Assembly (NCBI GenBank): GCA_049587975.1
Contig: JBAVEY010000016.1
Span: forward strand, 1-47,546
Source: Actinomycetota bacterium
GTDB taxonomy: Bacteria > Actinomycetota > UBA4738 > HRBIN12
Direction of reading: 5' to 3'
Length of the DNA: 47,546 nt
In this document: piece by piece, positions 1-9,419 of the stretch
Layout: every line of letters starts with the position of its first letter
Numbering within the stretch: position 1 is the stretch's first letter
Position numbers and translations under genes: made by a program
Notes under the pieces: model-generated
Databases searched by the model: none
What the model was told of the DNA's origin: nothing
What the model saw: the letters and a program-made list of their open reading frames with translations, nothing else

Positions 1-51
1 GCCCGCGGTCGGCTTCGGCGAACGGTCGCCTTGCTAGACTCGGGCCGCCGA

Positions 52-123
52 GCCCTCGTAGCTCAGCGGATAGAGCACCGGCCTCCGGAGCCGGGGGCGC
101 AGGTTCGAGTCCTGCCGAGGGCA
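52..123 (+). tRNA. tRNA-Arg (anticodon CCG)
   Basis: The cloverleaf is readable by eye. Acceptor GCCCTCG/CGAGGGC, D-arm GCTC..GAGC, anticodon stem CCGGC/GCCGG with loop CTCCGGA, T-arm GCAGG-TTCGAGT-CCTGC, discriminator A123. CCA is not encoded. Confidence 0.9.
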
Positions 124-129
124 CCGACC

Positions 130-485
130 CGCGACGAGCGGTCCGCCTGTCGGAAGCCCTCGGGTGGAACCTGACCGATCGCCGGAGGGTGCTCGACCAC
201 TTCGTTGATGCAGGCGTAGCCTGCACCCACCACGCCTCCGTCTCCTCATCGATCTCGCCCTCGCCGACGAGGAAGGTCGCGTTCAGCCAGCGGTAGCGTT
301 CGTCGTCGCTCAGGAGCTCGACCCGGTGAGGATGGCCCGGAGCCCGCCACCCGCGTTTGTTCCTGGACGCTCTGCCCGCGCACGGAGGTGAGGATGTCGG
401 CGCGGTCGTCGGTCGTGATCACGCCCCGCAGGTTCGGCGTCCACACCCCGTCCTCGCGCCGGCGTGGGGAGTTGGCCCATCGCAT
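130..485 (-). pseudogene. possible decayed small gene of unknown family
   Basis: Third-position GC is high in the frame of ORF 246..530 only from about 485 to 335 (MRWANSPRRREDGVWTPNLRGVITTDDRADILTSVRGQSVQEQ). From about 335 to 245 it is high in another frame (VELLSDDERYRWLNATFLVGEGEIDEETEA) that has no start codon. The listed ORF tail is low-GC3 and Arg/Pro-rich. Confidence 0.3.
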
Positions 486-573
486 GGTCCCGCGGAGCAT
501 CGGTCCCGGGCACAGGGGCTCGAGTCGCATCGTCCGCGTGGAGTCTAGGTCAGGCGACCGCTACGCTCGGTCG

Positions 574-1077
574 ATGCACCGCCTCCTGCTGCTCCGGCAC
601 GCGAAGTCGAGCTGGGACGACCCGGCCCTTTCCGACCACGAGCGACCGCTCGCCGCTCGGGGGCACCGAGCCGCCGACCGGATGGCCGAGCACCTGCGAT
701 CGGAGATCCCCGACGCTGACCTGATCCTGTGCTCCTCGGCGCTGCGAACCCGTGAGACGTTGCAGCGGATGGCGAGCGCGTTCGGCGACCCCGAGGTGGC
801 CGTCGAGGACGGGCTCTACGGCGCGAGCGACGAGGAGCTCCTCGATCGGCTGCATGGGGTCCCGGACCGGTTCGAGACCGTCGCCCTGATCGGGCACAAC
901 CCGGGGATCTGGGATCTGGCGACCACCGTCGCGGGCAGCGGGACCGAGCTCGACCGGATGCACTCGAAGTTCCCGACGGGCGCGCTCGCCGTGCTCGAGT
1001 TCGACGGCCGGTGGGGCGATCTCGCGCCGGGCGGCGCGAGGCTCGCGTCGTTCGTCACCCCGAAGGACGTCGCATGA
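574..1077 (+). CDS. histidine phosphatase family protein (SixA-like)
   Basis: Contains the RHA(K)S catalytic motif (LLLLRHAKSSWDD), HERPLAARG and GHNPG. ATG 574 lies just before the motif. The stop overlaps the pdxH start (ATGA at 1074-1077). Confidence 0.8.
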   Translation: MHRLLLLRHAKSSWDDPALSDHERPLAARGHRAADRMAEHLRSEIPDADLILCSSALRTRETLQRMASAFGDPEVAVEDGLYGASDEELLDRLHGVPDRFETVALIGHNPGIWDLATTVAGSGTELDRMHSKFPTGALAVLEFDGRWGDLAPGGARLASFVTPKDVA

Positions 1078-1700
1078 GCGGGACCCTCGCTCATGGGTCG
1101 GGCGGCCTGACCGAGGCGGACCTGGGACCCGACCCGATCGTCCGGTTCGCTGCCTGGCTCGAGGAGGCCCGGACCGCCGGCATCGCGTTCCCGGAGGCGG
1201 CGGCGCTCGCGACGTCGGATCTGCAAGGACGGCCTGCCGTGCGTCACGTGCTCGTCAAGCTCGTCGACGAACGCGGCTTCACGTTCTTCACCAACCGGCA
1301 GAGCCGCAAGGGCCGCCACCTGGCCGGGAACCCGAACGCGGCCCTCGCCTTCTACTGGCGCGAGATCGACCGCCAGGTCTGCGTCACCGGTCGGGCGTCG
1401 CCCGTGGCCGATGCCGAGTCCGACGCCTACTTCCGGACCCGGCCTCGCGAGGCTCGGATCGGCGCGTGGGCGTCACGACAGAGCCGCCCGGTGGGCTCGC
1501 GGGAGGAGCTCGATGCCGCGTTCGAGGCGATGCAAGCGCGGTTCCCCGACGAGGACGTGCCGCTACCCCCGCACTGGGGCGGTTTCCGGCTCGAACCCAC
1601 GTCGATCGAGTTCTGGAAGGGTCGCGAGCATCGGCTGCACGATCGGTTCCGCTACGAGCTCGACGGCGATGCCTGGCGGCTCGAGCGCCTCTGGCCCTAG
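1074..1700 (+). CDS. pdxH: pyridoxamine 5'-phosphate oxidase
   Basis: Contains VRHVLVKLVDERGFTFFTN and the C-terminal signature IEFWKGREHRLHDRFRY...WRLERLWP. The start is coupled to the upstream stop by ATGA. Confidence 0.9.
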   Translation: MSGTLAHGSGGLTEADLGPDPIVRFAAWLEEARTAGIAFPEAAALATSDLQGRPAVRHVLVKLVDERGFTFFTNRQSRKGRHLAGNPNAALAFYWREIDRQVCVTGRASPVADAESDAYFRTRPREARIGAWASRQSRPVGSREELDAAFEAMQARFPDEDVPLPPHWGGFRLEPTSIEFWKGREHRLHDRFRYELDGDAWRLERLWP

Positions 1701-1703
1701 CGG

Positions 1704-2117
1704 TTACGCCGCCCTCCGTTCGGTCAGGAGTTCGAACGAGATCTCGGGCGCCCGCACGATCGAGGTATGCACCGTGCAGTGCTCGATCACGGCCAGTAGC
1801 GCGGCGCGCCGCTCCTGCGGGATCGCCTCGGGCAGCCGCACGCGGAGACCGATCGACTCGACCCGGGCAGGCCGATCCTCGGCGAACGCGAACTCGGCCT
1901 CGACCGCGAGCCCCTCATCGGGCAGGTCGTGCCGGCGCAGGAACCGCCCCGCGTAGAAGGCGACGCACGACGCGAGGCCCGCGACGAACAGCTCCGTCGG
2001 GGTGGGTGCCGAATCGCCCCCGCCGTCCTCGACCGGTTGGTCGACCCAGAGCTCGTGGCCCCGTACGCCGATCCGGTACCGGTCCTGCCGCTCCAACGCC
2101 ACGTCGATCCTCGGCAT
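1704..2117 (-). CDS. OsmC family peroxiredoxin-like protein
   Basis: 137 aa starting MPRIDVALERQ, with paired Cys contexts LASCVAFY and IEHCTVHTS typical of OsmC/Ohr. The SD GGGAGG lies 5 nt upstream of ATG 2117. The rest of ORF 1704..3500 is antisense shadow of the M20 gene. Confidence 0.85.
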   Translation of the reverse strand: MPRIDVALERQDRYRIGVRGHELWVDQPVEDGGGDSAPTPTELFVAGLASCVAFYAGRFLRRHDLPDEGLAVEAEFAFAEDRPARVESIGLRVRLPEAIPQERRAALLAVIEHCTVHTSIVRAPEISFELLTERRAA

Positions 2118-2243
2118 CACGACCTCCCGTTCCTCCCGCGTGCGCCTGCGATCAGGGTGCGACGGCCCGCGCGCCACGGGTCGGGTCCTCCAGCCCATCG
2201 CGGGCAGGCCGAACGGGTTGTGCACCCTGTATCGTTCGCCCCC

Positions 2244-3587
2244 ATGCAGGCCGACGATCTCCGCGCCGCCGTCGCCGAGGGGCAGCGACGTGCCGTCGAT
2301 GAGCTCTCGAACCTCGTGCGCATCCCGTCGATCGCGTTCCCCGGCTACGACGAGAAGCCGGTTCGGGCGTCGGCGGAGGCGACGGCAGAGACCTTGGAAG
2401 CCGCAGGATACGATGGGGTCCGCCTGATCGAGCTCCCCGACATCGGCCACCCGGCCGTGTTCGGCGAGGTGGCCGGCCCCGCGGGCGCCCCGACGATCCT
2501 GCTCTACGCGCATCACGACATCCAGCCCGAGGGCCCCCTCGAGGAATGGACCAGCCCACCGTTCGAGCCCGAGGTACGCGGCGGCCGGCTGTACGGACGC
2601 GGGACGTCCGACGACAAGTGCGGGATCGTGCTGCACGCCGCCGCTCTGCGCGCGTGGGGAGGAACTCCGCCCGTCTCGCTGAAGGTCCTGGTCGAGGGCG
2701 AGGAGGAGGCGAGTGCCGAGCACCTGCCGTTCCTGATCGGCGGTCATCGAGAACTCCTGGCGGCCGACGTCATCGCCGTCGCCGACGGGGGCAATTGGCG
2801 GGCGGGCATCCCCACGCTCGAGACGAGCATCCGTGGCGTCGTGGACTGCAGGGTCACGGTGCGCGTCCTGGACATCGCCGTGCACAGCGGCGCCCATGGC
2901 GGCCCGGCACCCGATGCCCTTTCCGCGCTCGCCCGGATCCTGGCCACCGTGCACGACGACGACGGGGAGGTCGCGATCGAGGGGCTCACGCGGGAGCCCT
3001 GGGACGGCCTGCAGGTCAGCGAGGACGACTTCCGTGAGGACACCCCCCTGCGCCCGGGGGTGCGCCTGATCGGGTCCGGCACGATCTCCGAGCGCCTGTG
3101 GTCCAAGCCGGCGGTCTCCGTGCTCGGGATCGATGCCCCCCGGGTCGTGGAGGCGTCGAACCAGCTCGTCCCGTGGGCGGCGGCCAAGGTGAGCCTGCGG
3201 CTCGCCCCCGGTGACGACCCGGAGTCGGCGATGGACGCGCTCACCGGGCACCTCGCCTCGCAGGCGCCCTGGGGGGTCGAGGTCGATGTCACGCCCGGTA
3301 GCTCGGGTCGTGGCATGCGGGTGCGCACCGACGGCCCCGGCTTCGCGGCGATGACCCGAGCGATGGAGGCGGCGTACGGCCGCCCCCTCGTGCAGACCGG
3401 GAGCGGCGGCTCGGTGCCGCTCGTGCCCCTGCTCGCCCAGGCGCTCCCGGACGCCGAGATCCTGCTGTACGGCGCGTCGGACGAGAAGAGCCAGTACCAC
3501 TCGATCGACGAGAGCGTGGACCTCGGCGAGCTCGAACGCGCGTGTCTGGCCGAGGCCCTGCTGTTCGACGAGTTGGCCCGGGCCTGA
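2244..3587 (+). CDS. M20 family metallopeptidase (dipeptidase-like)
   Basis: Contains LLYAHHDIQP, WTSPPFEPEVRGGRLYGRGTSDDKCG, VEGEEEASAEHL and a C-terminal YHSIDESV. The start is set at MQADDLRAAV (ATG 2244). Confidence 0.85.
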   Translation: MQADDLRAAVAEGQRRAVDELSNLVRIPSIAFPGYDEKPVRASAEATAETLEAAGYDGVRLIELPDIGHPAVFGEVAGPAGAPTILLYAHHDIQPEGPLEEWTSPPFEPEVRGGRLYGRGTSDDKCGIVLHAAALRAWGGTPPVSLKVLVEGEEEASAEHLPFLIGGHRELLAADVIAVADGGNWRAGIPTLETSIRGVVDCRVTVRVLDIAVHSGAHGGPAPDALSALARILATVHDDDGEVAIEGLTREPWDGLQVSEDDFREDTPLRPGVRLIGSGTISERLWSKPAVSVLGIDAPRVVEASNQLVPWAAAKVSLRLAPGDDPESAMDALTGHLASQAPWGVEVDVTPGSSGRGMRVRTDGPGFAAMTRAMEAAYGRPLVQTGSGGSVPLVPLLAQALPDAEILLYGASDEKSQYHSIDESVDLGELERACLAEALLFDELARA

Positions 3588-3634
3588 GGGACCGCCGAGG
3601 GCAACTTCCTCCCAGCGTTGCTAGGCTCGACCCG

Positions 3635-4111
3635 ATGGACGCCGCCCCCACACCCGAGATCCCCGAAACGCCCGCCGCCCGCGAACAGCAGGAGGTCGAG
3701 CACGAGGCGATCACGCAGCCCGCCAAGCTGCTGCGGATCGCCAGCATGGTCCGCGAACTCCTCGAGGACACGCGGCAGGCGTCGCTCGACGAGCCCGGAC
3801 GGATCCGGCTCCGGCAGATCTACGAGCGGGCCATCGGCGAGCTCGAGGACGTGCTGTCCCCCGACCTGAAGGAGGAGCTCTCCTCGCTCGCCCCGCCGAT
3901 GCAGGGCGTCCCCACCGACGCCGAGATCCGCGTCGCCCAGGCCCAGCTCGTCGGTTGGCTCGAGGGGCTGTTCCACGGGATCCAGGCCGCGCTGTTCTCG
4001 CAGCAGATGGCCGCTCGGGCCCAGTTCGAGGAACTGCGACGTCGGGGCCTGCCCGGGACCGCCGACGCGCAGGCGCCCACGGCCGATACCGAGCGCGGCC
4101 AGTACCTCTGA
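3635..4111 (+). CDS. bpa: bacterial proteasome activator Bpa/PafE (DUF2587)
   Basis: Helical protein of 158 aa with a disordered tail ending ...TADTERGQYL. The C-terminal GQYL is the 20S proteasome docking motif of Bpa/PafE. Confidence 0.8.
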   Translation: MDAAPTPEIPETPAAREQQEVEHEAITQPAKLLRIASMVRELLEDTRQASLDEPGRIRLRQIYERAIGELEDVLSPDLKEELSSLAPPMQGVPTDAEIRVAQAQLVGWLEGLFHGIQAALFSQQMAARAQFEELRRRGLPGTADAQAPTADTERGQYL

Positions 4112-4120
4112 CCCGGCTCC

Positions 4121-4936
4121 CTACGGCGGCGCCTCCGCCTTCGCCGCGCTCACGTCGGGGCCGCCGGCCATGCGTTGCGCGACGTAGACGGGGATGAACA
4201 TCACCAGGATCACCGCCACCGCGACGACGTTCACGATCGGGCGGTTGTGCGGGAGCCGCAGGTTCCGGTAGATGAACCTCGGGATCGTGTCGGTGCTCCC
4301 GGCCGTGAAGTTCGTCACGACGATCTCGTCGAACGACAGCGCGAAGGCGAGCAGGGCTCCCGCGACGATCGCCGTCCGGATCGACGGGAACGTCACGTAG
4401 CGGAACGTCTGCCAACCGTCGGCGCCGAGATCCATCGACGCCTCCACGAGCGAGGTCGGCGTTCGGCGCAGCCGAGCGATCACGTTGTTGTAGACGACGA
4501 CGATGCAGAAGGTCGCGTGGCCGATCACGATCGTCAGCACCCCGAACGGGATCGAGAAGTTGTTGATCGTCGTGTTGAGCGCGATCGCGGTCACGATCCC
4601 GGGGAGCGCGATCGGCAGGACCAGCAGGAACGACACGCCGTTGCGGCCGAAGAACCGGAACCGGTGGACGGCGAAGGCAGCGGCGCTCCCCAGGCACAGG
4701 GCGAACAGGGTGGCGATCGTCGCCACCTCCAACGAGGTCGCGAGGGCGTCGCGCACCTGCGGGCTGTGCCAGGCGTTCCCGAACCACTTCGTCGTGAACT
4801 GCTCGATCGGCCACGCCTGCGCGACGCTGTCGTTGAACGCGTAGAGCACGACGATCGCGAGCGGGACGTAGAGGAACGCGAGCGTCATCGCCCCGCTCAC
4901 CTTGATCAGGATCTTGAATCCGCGGGTCTCGATCAT
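4121..4936 (-). CDS. ABC transporter permease (PotC-like)
   Basis: Six-TM MetI-type permease with the EAA loop EASMDLGADGWQTFRYVTFP. ATGA overlap with the upstream permease stop at 4936. Confidence 0.85.
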   Translation of the reverse strand: MIETRGFKILIKVSGAMTLAFLYVPLAIVVLYAFNDSVAQAWPIEQFTTKWFGNAWHSPQVRDALATSLEVATIATLFALCLGSAAAFAVHRFRFFGRNGVSFLLVLPIALPGIVTAIALNTTINNFSIPFGVLTIVIGHATFCIVVVYNNVIARLRRTPTSLVEASMDLGADGWQTFRYVTFPSIRTAIVAGALLAFALSFDEIVVTNFTAGSTDTIPRFIYRNLRLPHNRPIVNVVAVAVILVMFIPVYVAQRMAGGPDVSAAKAEAPP

Positions 4937-5838
4937 CAGAGCGCCTCGAACGCGCCCGCGCGCTTGGCCCCGAGCAGATACACGGCCATGATCGCGATCG
5001 GCACCAGCGCGAACGCCGCCGCGAGCGGCGTGTTTCCGGCCACGCCGACGTTGTCGTAGATCACGTTGCCGATGAACTGCGTGTTCCCGACCAGCTCCGG
5101 CGTGATGTAGTCGCCGAGCGTGAGCGAGAACGCGAAGATCGAGCCCGCCGCGATCCCGGGCAAGATGAGCGGGAACATCACCCGCCGGAACGTCGTCCAC
5201 CCGTGCGCACCCAGGTCCATCGACGCCTCCAGGAACGAGTTCGGCACGCGTTCCAGCGCGGCATAGATCGGCAGGAGGGTGAACGGGAGCCACAGGTACA
5301 CGAACGTGAGCCAGACCGCCCAGTTCGAGTTCCCGAGCTGCAGCGAACCGAGCCCGGTGAGCTCGACGAGCCAGTTCACGAAGCCGTTCGGCGTCAGCAT
5401 GATCTTCCAGGCGAACACCCGGACGAGGTAGTTCGCCCACAGCGGGATCACGACCGCCACCAGCAGGGCGTTCCGGGTCCGCCGCGACGCCAGCCGGGCC
5501 GCGTAGTACGCCAGGGGGTACGAGACCACGATGTCGGTGATCGTCACGGCCGCGGCGATCCCTACCGTTCGGATCGTGATCGTCCGGTAGACGTCGTTCT
5601 GCCACAGGGTCTGGAAGTTGTCGAAGGAGAAGCCACGGACGATCTGCGACGTGAACACGTCAAGGCTCCAGAACGCGTTCGCGAGCAGGAACAGCAGCGA
5701 ACCGATGTAGACGACCAGGAGCCAGGTGAGCGGGGCGCCGAGCGACAGACCGAGCTTGACCCGGGGATGGCGGAACAGGAAGGCCGAGACCCGGCGCCCA
5801 CCGCCCTCGTCCGGCTGGTCCTTCGCGATCGTGGCCAT
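4936..5838 (-). CDS. ABC transporter permease (PotB-like)
   Basis: MetI-type permease with the EAA loop EASMDLGAHGWTTFRRVMFP. ATG at 5838. Confidence 0.85.
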   Translation of the reverse strand: MATIAKDQPDEGGGRRVSAFLFRHPRVKLGLSLGAPLTWLLVVYIGSLLFLLANAFWSLDVFTSQIVRGFSFDNFQTLWQNDVYRTITIRTVGIAAAVTITDIVVSYPLAYYAARLASRRTRNALLVAVVIPLWANYLVRVFAWKIMLTPNGFVNWLVELTGLGSLQLGNSNWAVWLTFVYLWLPFTLLPIYAALERVPNSFLEASMDLGAHGWTTFRRVMFPLILPGIAAGSIFAFSLTLGDYITPELVGNTQFIGNVIYDNVGVAGNTPLAAAFALVPIAIMAVYLLGAKRAGAFEAL

Positions 5839-5860
5839 TCGCGCTTGCCTCCCGGATGAG

Positions 5861-5894
5861 GCGAGGGCCCCGGGCGCGCGCCCGGAGCCCTCGC
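5861..5894 (-). terminator. intercistronic GC-rich stem-loop between the binding-protein and permease genes
   Basis: Near-perfect 34-nt palindrome. GCGAGGGC (5861-5868) pairs with GCCCTCGC (5887-5894), and CCGGGCG (5870-5876) pairs with CGCCCGG (5879-5885), with one C/A mismatch. No U-tract follows. Confidence 0.45.
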
Positions 5895-5907
5895 CGACGG
5901 ACCCTCG

Positions 5908-7164
5908 CTACGCGCCCCGGATCTCGGTCCAGGCCTGCGTCCACTCCGAGTAGTCGACGCATACGTCGCCCCGATCGTCGCCGCAGTCGGGGGACGGCGT
6001 CTTCCACAGGTTTATCGAGTCGAGGAAATCCACGTTGCCGCAGTTCCCGTAGCGGACCGTATCGACGGCCGCGTCGGCGCCCTTGCCGTAGAACTTGACG
6101 AGGAGGTCCCGGGTCGCGTCGCACGACAGGGTGTTGCTGCCCGCGGCCCCGTACCAGACCGCCACCTCCGCCTGGACCTCGGGCTGCATGGTCCAGTCCA
6201 TCCACTTCAGCATGCAGTTGGGGTGCGGCGCGTTGGCCGAGATCATCCAGGTGTCGGCCCACCCAGTGACACCCTCCGACGGGATCACCGCATCCACCGG
6301 CGCGTCGAGCTCGGCCAGGCTGAGGTTGATCGGCCAGGCCGTCCCCACCAGCATCGATCCGTCCACGAACCCGTCGATCTCGTCCGTGTACAGCGCCCAC
6401 GGCCGGACGACCATGCCCGCCTGGGTCTTCAGGAGGCTGACCGCCGCGTCGAACTGGTCCTGCGTGAGCTCGTACGGGTCCGTGATCCCGAGGTCGGGGT
6501 TGTGCGCCATCAGGTACATCGCCGCGTCGGCGATGAAGATCGGCGAGTCGTAGACGGTGATCGACCCCGCGTACGGCGAGTCCGCCTCGAAGGTGACGTC
6601 CCAGCTCGTGGGTGGCGGCTTCACCTTGTCGGTGTTGTACATCAGGAAGTTCGGACCGTACATGTACGGCGTCCCGTAGACGTTCCCGTCGACCACGTAG
6701 TGTGCGTTGTTGCTCCCACCGTCGGGGTTCAGCGGCCCGATCACGTTCGGGAACTGCGGGAACAGCGAGGTGTCGATCGCTCCCACGTCGCCGCCGGCGA
6801 TCAGACGGTTGCTCGCGTCCCCGGATGCCGAGACGCCGTCGTACACGGTGCCACCGCCCTGGCGCATCAGCGTCACCATCTCGTCCGAGGTGTCGCCGTA
6901 CGTCACATTGACCTGGCAGCCCGTCGCGTCCTCGAACGGCGTGACCCAGTCGAAGTCCTCACCGCCCTCGCTCGTCCCGTCCTCGACGTATCCCGCCCAT
7001 GCGATCAGCTCCAGGGACCCCTCGGTCTCGCCGATCTTGTTGTACGTCTTCGCCGGCTCGATCGCGCCACCGGATCCGCCGCTCGGGGTCTCGTCCCCGC
7101 CGCACGCCGCGGCGATGAGGCCGAGCGCCGCGAGCACGATGAACCATGTCCGGAACGTCTTCAT
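5908..7164 (-). CDS. ABC transporter substrate-binding lipoprotein (PotD/PotF-like)
   Basis: Lipoprotein signal [23 protein letters not shown]. Overall family-1 solute-binding character. ATGA overlap with the ATPase stop (7161-7164). Confidence 0.85.
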   Translation of the reverse strand: MKTFRTWFIVLAALGLIAAACGGDETPSGGSGGAIEPAKTYNKIGETEGSLELIAWAGYVEDGTSEGGEDFDWVTPFEDATGCQVNVTYGDTSDEMVTLMRQGGGTVYDGVSASGDASNRLIAGGDVGAIDTSLFPQFPNVIGPLNPDGGSNNAHYVVDGNVYGTPYMYGPNFLMYNTDKVKPPPTSWDVTFEADSPYAGSITVYDSPIFIADAAMYLMAHNPDLGITDPYELTQDQFDAAVSLLKTQAGMVVRPWALYTDEIDGFVDGSMLVGTAWPINLSLAELDAPVDAVIPSEGVTGWADTWMISANAPHPNCMLKWMDWTMQPEVQAEVAVWYGAAGSNTLSCDATRDLLVKFYGKGADAAVDTVRYGNCGNVDFLDSINLWKTPSPDCGDDRGDVCVDYSEWTQAWTEIRGA

Positions 7165-8288
7165 GAAGCATCCTCCCCCGGGTCCGTCGACCCCTCGATC
7201 GAACCGCCGGCCGCCTCGACCGGACGGTTGTTCCTGCGATCCCAGACCAGGCGCACCGCCTTGCCCTGCACCTGGAGGGCCTCCATCGACGACGTCGCGA
7301 GGTTCTGCTGCATCACGACCAGCTCGCCGCCCGCATCGAGCGTGACGATGTACCGGGTCGCCGCGCCCAGGTAGACCACCTCGCGCACGTGACCGGTCGC
7401 CGTGCACGAGCCTTCGGGCACCTCGGCGTCCGGGTCCACCATCGAGATCTTCTCGGGACGGATCGTGAAGGCGTGGGCATCGCCGGCGATGGTCTCGGCC
7501 GCCTGCCCCTCCAAGACGTTCGAGGTGCCCACGAACCCCGCCACGAACCCGGTCTCCGGTCGCTCGTAGACCTCGGCAGGGGTCCCGACCTGCTCGACGC
7601 GCCCGCGGCTGAACACGGCGAGGCGATCGCTCATCGTGAGCGCCTCCTCCTGGTCGTGCGTGACGTAGATGAAGGTCAGGCCGACACGCCCCTGGATCTC
7701 CTTGAGCTCGATCTGCATGGCCTGGCGGAGCTTCAGGTCGAGCGCACCCAGCGGTTCATCGAGCAGGAGCACCTTCGGGCGGTTCACCAGGGCGCGGGCC
7801 AGCGCGACGCGTTGCCGCTGGCCCCCGGAGAGCTGGCTCGGCTTGCGATCCCCGAACGCCGACAGCTGCACCATCGCGAGCGCATCGGCTGCCCGCCCCC
7901 GCCGCTCAGCCGCGGACACCTTCTTGACCTTCAGCCCGTACTCGACGTTCCCCTGGACCGTCATGTGCGGGAACAGGGCGTAGTCCTGGAAGACCGTGTT
8001 CACGTCGCGCTCGTACGGAGCGAGCCGGGACACGTCCTCACCGCCCAGCAGGACGCGTCCGGAGGTCGGCGCCTCGAACCCTGCGATCATCCGCAGGCAC
8101 GTCGTCTTGCCCGAGCCCGAAGGCCCGAGCATCGAGAAGAACTCTCCCTCCCTGACCTCGAGGTCGACACCGTCCACGGCGACGACATCGCCGAAGCGCT
8201 TGACGACCGCCTCGAGCGTGACCGCCGCGCCCGTCGTGGCCTCGGTGGACGCTTCGTCCGCCCGGGCCGCACGTTGAGACAAGCCCAC
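7161..8288 (-). CDS. ABC transporter ATP-binding protein (PotA-like)
   Basis: Walker [10 protein letters not shown], signature [15 protein letters not shown], Walker B LLLDEP, and a C-terminal TOBE-like region. GTG 8288 sits directly on the SD GGAGG, so TTG 8282 (5-nt spacing) is a plausible alternative start. Confidence 0.9.
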   Translation of the reverse strand: MGLSQRAARADEASTEATTGAAVTLEAVVKRFGDVVAVDGVDLEVREGEFFSMLGPSGSGKTTCLRMIAGFEAPTSGRVLLGGEDVSRLAPYERDVNTVFQDYALFPHMTVQGNVEYGLKVKKVSAAERRGRAADALAMVQLSAFGDRKPSQLSGGQRQRVALARALVNRPKVLLLDEPLGALDLKLRQAMQIELKEIQGRVGLTFIYVTHDQEEALTMSDRLAVFSRGRVEQVGTPAEVYERPETGFVAGFVGTSNVLEGQAAETIAGDAHAFTIRPEKISMVDPDAEVPEGSCTATGHVREVVYLGAATRYIVTLDAGGELVVMQQNLATSSMEALQVQGKAVRLVWDRRNNRPVEAAGGSIEGSTDPGEDAS

Positions 8289-8369
8289 CTCCGGGTGTTC
8301 GGTTCCGTTCGGAATCGCGTCATCTTGAACGGGAACGGGGTCGTGGGCAAACCGAACCGCGGTCTTGAC

Positions 8370-9398
8370 TCAGCCGGTCCCAACGAGCGCGGCGAGGCCG
8401 ACGCGACGCGTGCGGAGCGCGTCCGAGAGCCCCTGCGTGAGCTCCCCGACGATCGCAGGACCCCGGAAGACCAGCCCCGTGTAGACCTGCACGGTGGTCG
8501 CCCCCGCCTCGATGACGGCGAGCGCGTCCTCGGGCGTGAAGATCCCGCCGCTCGCGTTCACGGGTATGGCCCCGCCCGTCGCTCGGCGCACCTCGCCGAC
8601 GTTGGTCACCGTCCCCTCTCGCAGGGCGCGACCCGAGAGCCCGCCGGCACCCGTGGACACCCGCGGGTCGTTGACGGGCACGGTGTTGGAGACCGTCAGG
8701 GCGTCCGCGCCGTGCTCCTGCGCGATCGCGGCGAGCGCGAGCACGACCTCGCGCTCGACCTCGGTCCGGAACGGGGGCAGCTTGACGAACAGCGGGCGTG
8801 TTCGGCGAACGCGGAGCGCCTCGAGGAGCGTCGCGAGGTGCGCCTCGTTGTCCCGGTCGCGCCCCCACGCGACGTTGGGGCAGCTGGCGTTCAGCTCGAT
8901 CGCGTCGACGACGGGCTCGAGCAGCGCGTGGGTCTCGAGCACGTCGGGCACGTCCTCATCCGCGATGCTCGCGACCCGGGGACCGCTCCGGCGCGCCCGG
9001 GCGAGCGAGCGCGCCGCGGCCCCCGCGCCGGGATTCGGCAGTCCCATCGCGTTCACCATCGACGCGCGCTTCGGATACCGGACGATCCGCGGCTTGCGGT
9101 TGCCGCTGCGAGGCCGCCGCGTGAACGTCCCGCATACCACGTAGCCGAACCCCAGCCGTCCGAGGGCCTCCGCGTGCCGACCGGTCTTGTCGAACCCCGC
9201 CGCGAGCGCGACCGGGTTCGCGAGCTCGAGCCCAGCGAGGGTGACCCTGAGCGCGGGGTCGCGGTCGGCGCCACCCAGTCGTTCCCACCGCAGCGGCAGG
9301 CCGAGGAGCCGCTGCGCGATGCGATGCGATGCCTCGGGGGGGATCGCGAACAGGACCGGCCGCGCCAGCGTTCGGTACCAGTCCCAGCCCCGATCCAT
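8370..9398 (-). CDS. pyrD: dihydroorotate dehydrogenase (quinone), class 2
   Basis: Has an N-terminal extension typical of class 2. Also has NAMGLPNPG, IELNASCPNV, GGLSGRAL and a C-terminal GATTVQVYTG. Confidence 0.9.
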   Translation of the reverse strand: MDRGWDWYRTLARPVLFAIPPEASHRIAQRLLGLPLRWERLGGADRDPALRVTLAGLELANPVALAAGFDKTGRHAEALGRLGFGYVVCGTFTRRPRSGNRKPRIVRYPKRASMVNAMGLPNPGAGAAARSLARARRSGPRVASIADEDVPDVLETHALLEPVVDAIELNASCPNVAWGRDRDNEAHLATLLEALRVRRTRPLFVKLPPFRTEVEREVVLALAAIAQEHGADALTVSNTVPVNDPRVSTGAGGLSGRALREGTVTNVGEVRRATGGAIPVNASGGIFTPEDALAVIEAGATTVQVYTGLVFRGPAIVGELTQGLSDALRTRRVGLAALVGTG

Positions 9399-9419
9399 CG
9401 GGAGCCTATGCTACGCGCC

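Noticed and set aside
1-573. Possible integrated element or att site next to tRNA-Arg
   Set aside because: No integrase, excisionase, transposase or direct repeat of the tRNA 3' end is visible. Only the small decayed ORF reported separately is present.
7389-9407. N-terminal ~670 codons of the 845-aa plus-strand ORF 7389..9926
   Set aside because: This stretch runs antisense to the well-supported potA-like and pyrD genes. It is Arg/Pro/Gly/Asp-rich with no motifs. Only the last ~170 codons (pyrE) look real.
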